A stretch of 25,763 nucleotides of DNA, from the NCBI GenBank assembly GCA_964614795.1, contig CAZTME010000002.1:1-25763 (forward strand), read 5' to 3'. The notes under the pieces are model-generated. The model did not search any database. It had not been told where the DNA came from and saw only the letters and a program-made list of their open reading frames with translations. Positions 17,604-25,174 of this stretch are shown piece after piece; the first letter of the stretch is position 1; every line of letters begins with the position of its first letter. This stretch comes from an uncultured Pseudomonadales bacterium (GTDB lineage: Bacteria; Patescibacteriota; Microgenomatia; UBA1400; PJMF01). A program made the translations under genes and the position numbers.

Positions 17604-18113
17604 TTATCTTGTTGCCGAAGCAGTGGCAGATTGCTCAACCGCAGGTGCAAATACCGTGATTCTATTGTTGGCAGTTCTTTGCACTCTGTAACCGGTGTTG
17701 TAACTCGCACAATCGGCTGCGGTAATCGCCTGTCCGGAATGAGTGGATAACGGGTCTGAGGGCAGTGCCGCAATATATTCTGGTACTAATACTGCACAAA
17801 GATTAGTTGCGGGCACAGCTGCAGTTCCGCCACCTTCAATTAATGAAGCACCATCACTGGTTGCAATAACGTATGGAGCATCAATTGGCTGAGTAGCCAA
17901 ACCGGCCGGTAAAGAACCTTGATTATCTACTGTATATTGGTTAATCGCACTCAAGACGGCGTTCACATCAGATTGACGCTGAGTGTCATTTGCTTGTTGA
18001 AATTGCTTGCGTGGATTGATGGCCACTAAAGTAATGGCCAACAGAACGGCTAAAATTCCGATAACTACTAAAAGCTCGATGAGGGTAAAACCCTTCAATT
18101 TGTTTTTGGTCAT
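17604..18113 (-). CDS. pilA: Major type IV pilin (PilA-like)
   Basis: Class III signal 'MTKNKLKG|FTLIELLVVIGILAVLLAI', 'NP..QFQQANDTQRQSDV', 'LPSDP', two Cys. Flanked by its own promoter and terminator candidates. Confidence 0.9.
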   Translation of the reverse strand: MTKNKLKGFTLIELLVVIGILAVLLAITLVAINPRKQFQQANDTQRQSDVNAVLSAINQYTVDNQGSLPAGLATQPIDAPYVIATSDGASLIEGGGTAAVPATNLCAVLVPEYIAALPSDPLSTHSGQAITAADCASYNTGYRVQRTANNRITVFAPAVEQSATASATR

Positions 18114-18142
18114 AGGCAGTTTCCAAATGTATTACTACATCC

Positions 18143-18171
18143 ATAATGAAGTTTTTTTTTATGCGTGTCAA
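18143..18171 (-). promoter_or_regulatory. sigma70-type promoter of the major pilin
   Basis: Minus strand TTGACA (18171-18166), 17-nt spacer, CATTAT (18148-18143), ending 29 nt upstream of the ATG. The spacer contains A9. Confidence 0.6.
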
Positions 18172-18214
18172 TAGGTTGTTTTGATCTCTATGAGAAAACA
18201 AGATGTCGTCAGCT

Positions 18215-19225
18215 TCATTCCAATAATGGAGGTGGAGTTTCGACGGTTGGATTACTTTCATTTAAAGAACTTGATCTTGTTGCCAATAGGTCTACATTTA
18301 ATTGAGAGCTTCGTGTTGCATTGATGATTTCTGTCGTTTGTGCGCTATCAGTAGAATTTTGGACGAGTTCATCAATTTGCATTGGATTATCCGCAGAAGA
18401 TGATGATTCTAATAATTGTTGTGTTTGATTTAAATCCATGGGAATTATTGTTTTTTCTACATTTGATTGTTTTAAACGGGCTCTTTTTTCTTCTAATTCT
18501 TTTTTATCTTGTTCTGAAACAAACCAGTAAACTCCAATTAGGATTAAAATAAGAAAAACAAAGAATAAAAATAATAGCCAAGTTCTCTTTTTTTCTGCCG
18601 GCGTTGCCTTAGTAGTTATAAACTGTCTGACTTTTCTTTCATCTTCAAGTAAATCATTAGCTTCTAAAGTTTGCACCATTTTTCCCAATTGCGCACCAGT
18701 TTTTGCATTAAAACCATCTCTTAGTAATTGAACAGGCAAAATTTCCTCAGGAACAAGAGTTGTTGTTTCAAATCCTAATTCATTAAGTGCATCTAACAAA
18801 GGTTCAAAAAAATCTCTATTAATGGCTACTAGCACTGTCTTTTTTTGTTGATGAATCATTTTGACGTAAACATTGGTAAATGGCATAGATTCTCGCAATA
18901 ATTTTGTAGCGAAATCTATTGCTCCGACTGAGGACAATTTCAGGTCAGCCGGATTTTTTTCCTGAGCGCTTAATATCTCTTCTGGAGTTTTACTTACATA
19001 AACGCTTGATTTTAATATGACTAATACTTTTTGTTTTTTGATATCGGACTGAGCAATAAATTTTCCAATTATTTTTTTATATTCTGAAATATTTAAAACT
19101 TGTAGGGAATCACAAATTTCTTTGTCAAAAGCGATAACAAAAACCTCATTTCGCTTAGGATCGAAAAAATGAGCTTCATTTCTATCTAGATAAACAACCA
19201 TTCGCGAATGGGATACTCTATTCAT
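18215..19225 (-). CDS. Bitopic membrane protein; cytoplasmic N-terminal domain resembles part of the PilM/GspL actin-like fold, followed by a TM helix and a low-complexity exported tail
   Basis: 336 aa. 'VVYLDRN..F.KEI.D.LQV..KKQKVLVIL..S.Y..K', 'PF..VY.K..VLVAINRDFFEPLLDALNELGF...LVP', TM 'WLLFLFFVFLILILIGVYWFV', Ser/Thr/Gln-rich tail. Lies within a pilin locus. SD-like AGGTGAGGAG 5 nt upstream. Confidence 0.6.
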   Translation of the reverse strand: MNRVSHSRMVVYLDRNEAHFFDPKRNEVFVIAFDKEICDSLQVLNISEYKKIIGKFIAQSDIKKQKVLVILKSSVYVSKTPEEILSAQEKNPADLKLSSVGAIDFATKLLRESMPFTNVYVKMIHQQKKTVLVAINRDFFEPLLDALNELGFETTTLVPEEILPVQLLRDGFNAKTGAQLGKMVQTLEANDLLEDERKVRQFITTKATPAEKKRTWLLFLFFVFLILILIGVYWFVSEQDKKELEEKRARLKQSNVEKTIIPMDLNQTQQLLESSSSADNPMQIDELVQNSTDSAQTTEIINATRSSQLNVDLLATRSSSLNESNPTVETPPPLLE

Positions 19226-19322
19226 GACTACTCCTCACCTTCAGCATATCATAAAACAATGTTTCAACTAAAGCGCCAGTTAGAAATTATTGGCGTGTTG
19301 TAAAAATGTTCCCATTTCGTTA

Positions 19323-19331
19323 AGTATAGCA
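19323..19331 (-). promoter_or_regulatory. Possible extended -10 promoter for the 336-aa gene
   Basis: Minus strand TG-C-TATACT in a 227-nt intergenic gap, about 100 nt upstream of the ATG. Confidence 0.3.
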
Positions 19332-19452
19332 AACTCAAGCAGACTGACGCCTTATCATCGGTAGCTTCATCTGGTTTGAGACAAGGTAAAACTGTCATTT
19401 GGTTTTGAGAGTTCTATAGAAATGTCCCCTTTTGAAAAATAACCTTACAATT

Positions 19453-19860
19453 TTATTCAAAAATCCATGATTCAATTCGCAATTCGCCCCTGTCTCGCAC
19501 CAGTTCCACTTTTGCGGTTTGCATTTGCCCCGAAAAAGTAGCTACAGTCTGTATCGAAAAACTACCGCTGCTTGAAGCAACGTCGACTTGTACCGGAATT
19601 TGATTAATTATTATCTCTTCTCCAGAATAACTTGGCTTTCTCAAAAGAATGAGAATAGTGTTCTCTATTGCTGAATCCAGACTTGCTCTTAATAATTGAG
19701 TTTTTTCTTGCTTGGCATTGGATTGAGAACTGCTAAAAATTAATAAAGTAGATAATCCAATTAATGAAACACCCAGAAACATAATGATTAATACTACAAC
19801 AAGCACATAGCCATTGAGTATTTTCAATTTTTTTTCAGAATGTTCATGGCAAAATATCAT
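19453..19860 (-). CDS. Minor pilin, PilX/GspK-like (lacks Glu5)
   Basis: 'KKLKILNG|YVLVVVLIIMFLGVSLIG', no E5, followed by 'A..S..AIE..IL.LLR'. Last gene of the four-pilin block. Confidence 0.7.
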   Translation of the reverse strand: MIFCHEHSEKKLKILNGYVLVVVLIIMFLGVSLIGLSTLLIFSSSQSNAKQEKTQLLRASLDSAIENTILILLRKPSYSGEEIIINQIPVQVDVASSSGSFSIQTVATFSGQMQTAKVELVRDRGELRIESWIFE

Positions 19861-19865
19861 ATAGT

Positions 19866-20357
19866 TTATTTTATTTGATGAGTAATGATAATTGGTGATA
19901 ATTTTGGCTTACTTTCACTCATTTCACTTGCCTCTAACTTCAGCTCTAGTTTTAGCAATCCAGCCTCAGTTCCAGTTCTACTTACAGAAAAATCTTCCAA
20001 ACTGACTCTAGAACTATGCAATTGAGCACTACCAGTAGAATCCTGTCTTATAAGCACTCCGCTGGCCGAACTGTAACTCACTAAGCCGCTATTTGTTAAA
20101 ATTTGCATTTCAGAAAAAACAGCAGTTTGCGTAGCGGGGATCACAACTTCTGTCATTCTATTTAAATCATACTTAATTACTCCTTCAATAAAAGCTTGAT
20201 CACGAACCAGAGCATCATATTCAATATAATAAAGTTGAGATTGAACTATATGATTGGCCATCCAAATAATGACAGACAAAAAGGGTAATAATAAAGCCAT
20301 GCCTAATATCAGTTCGATCAATGTGAATGCTGAAATTTTTCCCTTTTTAATTTTCAT
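19866..20357 (-). CDS. Minor pilin, PilW/GspJ-like
   Basis: 'MKIKKGKISA|FTLIELILGMALLL' class III signal with Ala at -1. Confidence 0.8.
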   Translation of the reverse strand: MKIKKGKISAFTLIELILGMALLLPFLSVIIWMANHIVQSQLYYIEYDALVRDQAFIEGVIKYDLNRMTEVVIPATQTAVFSEMQILTNSGLVSYSSASGVLIRQDSTGSAQLHSSRVSLEDFSVSRTGTEAGLLKLELKLEASEMSESKPKLSPIIITHQIK

Positions 20358-20378
20358 GATAAATTTTTCTCATTATTA

Positions 20379-22328
20379 TCAAGGACTATAGTTAATGCGT
20401 ACTTCTTCAAATACCGGTGTAGCAAAAAAATCACTGGTATTAAAATAGACTCGATAGCGTAAACATCTACCAGGATTTTCAAAACCAAGGTCATCATCAT
20501 TTAAAGGAAGAGTATCTGGCTCAGTAAAAAAGCTATTTGTATCGCCACTTGGTCCCCAATACACATATTGAGCATCACTGCATCCGTTAGAACCGGCATT
20601 GGCTACTGCCACTTGGTATCTTACTTGAGTATTTTCTGGTGTTTGTTGAGAAAAATCAAGATAATTAATGACAGAATTTGATTGCATATCGATTGGTTCG
20701 CTAGTGTAAATTCCCTCAGCCGCATATTGACCTCCCGGCCCTCCTTCAATTATTTTTATTTCTGCATCTGGATCTTTAGTAACAATATAGGAATAAGCAT
20801 CACCGTCGGACTCTAAAACACCACCCACGCCATAAACGCCATTATCCAGATTAAGCCCTCCGCAACGATTTGGATTTTGTTCATTAGAAATATCTACAAC
20901 CTGATATTCTTCGCCTCCCGATCCAACCATCAATACTTTATTACCAGTAACCACACTAATTCCCCTGGCATTCATGCCGTTGGTATCATAAGAAGACACT
21001 AGACTAATCGAAGTTTTATTCGTTGTATTTAAAATAAATAGCTCTCTTTGAGTACTTGATTCCGAAGTAACCAAATATGCCCTAGTTCCAGTGCTATTAA
21101 CATAAATATCTTTTCCTTGCTTAGAGTTAACATTTGCCGAACCTCTTCGGATCATGTTGCTGGGATTACTCACATCCACAATGCGCATTTCGGCCCAACC
21201 CCAATCTAGAGCCACAAACGCGTGATTATTGACAACTTGCAATCGATATCCAATTGCCGGCAATATCCAAATTCCAGATAAATCAACTGAGCCTAAGGCA
21301 GGTCGACTGCCAGTTTTTTGAGATAAATCAAAACTCCACAATCTATTTCCAATAGTAGTGTAACCAATATTTCCTACCACATAAACACCTTGGGCTACTC
21401 CCCACCAGTTATTTGCATTGAAGTATCCAACTTCTTGATTCGTAGATAAATCGATGATGACAATATTTCTATCCCAAGTGTCCGTGGCAATGTAAGCATA
21501 ATTTCCATCAATAAAAATATCATTAGTGTCATAACCTTGAGTGGAACCAGCTACAGAAATAACCGGAGGTTCATCCTGAGAAACATTCAGCTCATAAAAA
21601 CTTCCCTCATTCCCCCAATCTGTTCCGGTAAAAATTTTACCCTCGATCGCTCTAATCACGCTTGCTCTGGCACTCATAGGCAAATCATGTTGAGCAATAA
21701 TGTTTTCACCTGGTAAACACCAATTTCCTCTGCCTCCAACTGAAAGAATCACCTCACCATCTTGATCACTGGTGGACAAAGTTGCATCAAACTCTCCTTG
21801 GTCAAACTCAGCCTGAGTAGTTCTAATCAATGTTTCGTTATCCAGATATCTAGTTAACAAAAACTCTGTGTTAGTAGTTTTATTTAGATTTTGACCATAA
21901 TTTATATTGACGATTATTTTTTTTGTTGAAGGGTCCAGCACGCCTCCCTCATTAACGATTTTCCAATCACTATCTCGATTGACATGAGTAATAATAATTT
22001 CTTGCTCTAATTCATCATCAATAATCGCACTGCCAGTGGCGAGAGAGTATTGTCCGTTTTCTTCAATCAAGTGATAGGTGCCAGACTCAGGCAGTTGATC
22101 CCATCCTTGAGCTCTTAAAGACCAAATTTTTTGAATACTTTCTTCTAATAAATAATGAGCGATTTGTCTTTTTTCTACAGTAATTTCAGCATTGCCGCTA
22201 TTCACTATCGTGCCAATAAGTGGAGTAATGATGATAAATAAAAGGCCAAAAGCAATTACGAGTTCAAGCAGCATTCCACCTTGAGGATTTTTTTTGCTAG
22301 TATCATTTTTTTGAATTAAGTTAATCAT
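20379..22328 (-). CDS. Minor pilin (PilV/GspI-like) fused to an LVIVD-repeat beta-propeller and a beta-sandwich; probable tip adhesin
   Basis: 'KKNPQG|GMLLELVIAFGLLFII' pilin helix. LVIVD-like repeats 'DIFIDGNYAYIA', 'MRIVDVSNPSN', 'DIYVNSTGTRAYLV', 'YQVVDISNEQNP'. C-terminal 'YRVYFNTSD..TPVFEEVRINY'. ATGA overlap with the upstream gene. Confidence 0.8.
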   Translation of the reverse strand: MINLIQKNDTSKKNPQGGMLLELVIAFGLLFIIITPLIGTIVNSGNAEITVEKRQIAHYLLEESIQKIWSLRAQGWDQLPESGTYHLIEENGQYSLATGSAIIDDELEQEIIITHVNRDSDWKIVNEGGVLDPSTKKIIVNINYGQNLNKTTNTEFLLTRYLDNETLIRTTQAEFDQGEFDATLSTSDQDGEVILSVGGRGNWCLPGENIIAQHDLPMSARASVIRAIEGKIFTGTDWGNEGSFYELNVSQDEPPVISVAGSTQGYDTNDIFIDGNYAYIATDTWDRNIVIIDLSTNQEVGYFNANNWWGVAQGVYVVGNIGYTTIGNRLWSFDLSQKTGSRPALGSVDLSGIWILPAIGYRLQVVNNHAFVALDWGWAEMRIVDVSNPSNMIRRGSANVNSKQGKDIYVNSTGTRAYLVTSESSTQRELFILNTTNKTSISLVSSYDTNGMNARGISVVTGNKVLMVGSGGEEYQVVDISNEQNPNRCGGLNLDNGVYGVGGVLESDGDAYSYIVTKDPDAEIKIIEGGPGGQYAAEGIYTSEPIDMQSNSVINYLDFSQQTPENTQVRYQVAVANAGSNGCSDAQYVYWGPSGDTNSFFTEPDTLPLNDDDLGFENPGRCLRYRVYFNTSDFFATPVFEEVRINYSP

Positions 22329-22810
22329 GGATTAATCATTTCTTCTATTTCGACTACCCCATATCTATTAAAATTTAATTTTACAGAACGCATATTCGAA
22401 AAAATAATAATTGAAGATTGAGTAGCTTGGTATTGATCAACAAATCCAGAGTTTTGAGAGAAAATAATTTGATCATTAGGCAAGTTGATATTTTCTATTG
22501 TAATGCCATTTTCAAGAATAATTTCTTCATTTTGCACATCTTCATCTTGATATTCTAAACCAGAAAATAAAGTATAAGAATTATTTTTAAAATATATTCC
22601 GTGAGCTTGATTGTCAGAGTTACCAATTTGACGATTAATTGCTTTTTGTTGCTGTGAGGCTAAATCAGATATTAATAATTCTAAAGATGTGTTGAACTGA
22701 GTACGATTAAGACTGTTAAAACCAATCACTGTTGCCATGCTAGCCAAAGTCAAAAAAATCCCCATTGATAGAATTATTTCAATGAATGAGTAACCGGATA
22801 CTTTTTTCAT
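22325..22810 (-). CDS. Minor pilin, FimT/FimU/GspH-like
   Basis: 'MKKVSG|YSFIEIILSMGIFLTLA', 'HGIYF..NSYTLF', 'IIFSQNSG', 'FNRYG'. Confidence 0.8.
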   Translation of the reverse strand: MKKVSGYSFIEIILSMGIFLTLASMATVIGFNSLNRTQFNTSLELLISDLASQQQKAINRQIGNSDNQAHGIYFKNNSYTLFSGLEYQDEDVQNEEIILENGITIENINLPNDQIIFSQNSGFVDQYQATQSSIIIFSNMRSVKLNFNRYGVVEIEEMINP

Positions 22811-22815
22811 TTTTC

Positions 22816-25107
22816 TTAGTATCCCCCTACTTCACTGTGAATGATGCCGGCGTCTTTGCCATTTTTTTCGCCACTTTTTAATTTTAAAGCAGTCGAGTTA
22901 TTTTCTTTTGGTAAAGAGAAGTAGAAAGTTGAGCCCTTGCCTCTGCCTTGACTATGTACACCAATTTCTCCACCATGCATTTCAATTATGGATTTACAAA
23001 TGTATAGTCCCAAACCCGTGCCTTGAACAGTGCCTGCGGTCATTAAGTAGGTTTCACGGATCATGCCGAATTTTTTGAAAAGTTTTGGTATTTCATCTTC
23101 TTCCAAACCCGCACCAGTGTCTTTAACTTTAATATGAACAAATAATTCATCTGTGGAAAAACTGATTTCCACTCTGCCACCTTTGGGAGTAAATTTTAAA
23201 GAATTACCAATTAAATTGACTAACACTTCTTTGATTTTGTCGGAATCGATCATGACGGTGGGTAATTTTTCCAGTGCTTGCTCTTGATGATTTTCTAAAT
23301 TTTTGGCGGTTTTCATAATTTCTATGGCCACTCCCTGCTCTTTTGCTTTTCCTTCCAACTCAGTAATTACTTCTTGAGTCAAGTTCAAAATATCGGTGGG
23401 CTCAACCGAGAGCAAAATTCTCCCCGATTCAATTCTGGAAATGTTAAGCATGGAGTTAACTAGCCTGGTTAAACGCGTACTGGATTCATAAATTCGACGC
23501 GCATATTCCTTTTGTTTAGGCTTCAATTTGCCCACTTTATCGTTAAAAAGCATCCAGCTGTAATTGCGAATTGAAACCATGGGAGTGCGCAGTTCATGAG
23601 AAGCCAAAGACACAAACTCATCTTTCAATTTATCAAACTGCAAAAGGCGCTTATTGGCCGTCTTCAAACGCTTTGTCGCCCTCGCCACCTCATCTTTAAG
23701 GGTGGTGTTGAAATTCTTAATCTCTTCATACGCTCGGGCGTTTGCCAAAGCAACTCCTAATTGTTTGTCGATGATGCTCAATACTTTAAAATCATCATCT
23801 GAATAATGTGCTCCGGAAGATTTTTCTCCAAGTCCTAACAATCCAACTAAATTATTTTGAAATTTTAAACCAAGAAATACTTCCGAATTGATTCTTTCCA
23901 TGTATTTAACAGTTTTAAAATCAAGTATTTCATCGCTAACAAGCAAATTATCCTCGCATTTTTTCAATCTTGATATTAAGTAAGCAATCATTAAATGTTC
24001 TTCTTGATTTAAAGATTTTTTTCTTCCCTGAATCCATTTTTCTATAAGTCTGTCATTAAATACATACAGGGTTAATGAGGAACTTTTAAATTTTTTTACA
24101 AACACATCATGAATTGCATTTGATAAATCGGCCAGTTCTAAATGAGTAACTGTGACTGAAGTTATCTCTCTTAATACATCTTCAACATTATAAGAACCTG
24201 AGTGAAACCATCTCTGAGTTAAATAATCAAAAGAACTTTTTATTGGTTGAAAAATTACAATTGTAAATCCAATTAGTAAAATTAAAAAAAGCATCTCAAT
24301 AAATGACCTGCTATTTCCAAATAATAAATTAGTTAAACTAATAATTAACACTCCAAGACCTAAAACTACAAATCCTAGTGACAAGATGTATGAAAATGTT
24401 CTAACTACAATCATTTTAGCGTCCACAAATCTGTGTTTTGCAATAGCATATCCAACCAAAATTATCCATAGAGTGGTCATCACCTGACCCAACCAATTTA
24501 AGTGAAATACTCCAAAAGTTGGAAGCAATAGATTGGAAATCATTGCAATGGATGAGGCAGCAATCAGTCCAATTAATAATAATTTAATTTGATATTTAAA
24601 AACTCCTCTAGAATTTTTATATCTCAAAAAATAAATGAAATAAGAGGAAAAAAATAAAATAGAAACATAAATTGGAAATGTTAAATAATACAAATAATTA
24701 AAAACTATTGTTTTCTCACCATTTACAGAAACATCAACAGTCAAAACAATTAAATTTGTCAAAGAATTAATTAAGAAATAAATAATTCCAACTGATAAGG
24801 TTGGAAATAATATCTTTTTAGAAATTATTCTATCTGGAAAAGAAAGACCATGAAAAATAAAACTTAATGGAATCAAAGAGGCAAATGCATAAAGTTGTCT
24901 TGCCCAAAAAGTGGCCATTTCCGCATCAAGATGATTGGCATAAAATCTATATAAGATCATTGATAAACACCACAAAAAAACCATTAAAGTAGCAAATTTA
25001 AAATATTTGATTGAAACAAACCTTGGAGAGCGAAAATGTACCAGCATCAAAATTGCAAAATTTGCAAGAGTGATAAAAACAATTAATACATTTTTGAGAT
25101 CCATCAT
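22816..25107 (-). CDS. Membrane sensor histidine kinase (multi-TM HisKA_7TM-like input, GAF-like, HisKA, HATPase_c)
   Basis: H box 'ASHELRTP' (His at 23598-23596), N box 'LVNLIGNSLKF', G1 'DTGAGL', F 'LFKKF', G2 'GTGLGLYIC' and 'GKGSTFYF'. About 8-9 N-terminal TM segments. GAF-like 'LVGLLGLGEKSSGAHYSDDDFKVL..QLGVALANARAY'. Confidence 0.95.
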   Translation of the reverse strand: MMDLKNVLIVFITLANFAILMLVHFRSPRFVSIKYFKFATLMVFLWCLSMILYRFYANHLDAEMATFWARQLYAFASLIPLSFIFHGLSFPDRIISKKILFPTLSVGIIYFLINSLTNLIVLTVDVSVNGEKTIVFNYLYYLTFPIYVSILFFSSYFIYFLRYKNSRGVFKYQIKLLLIGLIAASSIAMISNLLLPTFGVFHLNWLGQVMTTLWIILVGYAIAKHRFVDAKMIVVRTFSYILSLGFVVLGLGVLIISLTNLLFGNSRSFIEMLFLILLIGFTIVIFQPIKSSFDYLTQRWFHSGSYNVEDVLREITSVTVTHLELADLSNAIHDVFVKKFKSSSLTLYVFNDRLIEKWIQGRKKSLNQEEHLMIAYLISRLKKCEDNLLVSDEILDFKTVKYMERINSEVFLGLKFQNNLVGLLGLGEKSSGAHYSDDDFKVLSIIDKQLGVALANARAYEEIKNFNTTLKDEVARATKRLKTANKRLLQFDKLKDEFVSLASHELRTPMVSIRNYSWMLFNDKVGKLKPKQKEYARRIYESSTRLTRLVNSMLNISRIESGRILLSVEPTDILNLTQEVITELEGKAKEQGVAIEIMKTAKNLENHQEQALEKLPTVMIDSDKIKEVLVNLIGNSLKFTPKGGRVEISFSTDELFVHIKVKDTGAGLEEDEIPKLFKKFGMIRETYLMTAGTVQGTGLGLYICKSIIEMHGGEIGVHSQGRGKGSTFYFSLPKENNSTALKLKSGEKNGKDAGIIHSEVGGY

Positions 25108-25174
25108 TACATAATAACAGATAAAGAGCCCTTGTTTCTACATCACAACAAAAATTTTTTCCAACAAACTGTTG

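Noticed and set aside
15269-18113. Visibly higher GC in the WxL-like subunit and major pilin genes as a sign of horizontal transfer
   Set aside because: Explained by Gly/Ala/Thr-rich composition; no flanking repeats, tRNA or mobility genes. GC was judged by eye, not computed.
19262-19280. sigma54-like TGGCGC-N-TTGA upstream of the 336-aa gene
   Set aside because: The -12 GC dinucleotide is missing, and there is no evidence for sigma54 or an enhancer-binding protein.
19325-19352. GCAAAC...GACGC resembling a c-di-GMP-I riboswitch
   Set aside because: It lies on the strand opposite the downstream gene and lacks the GAAA tetraloop stem and the second stem.
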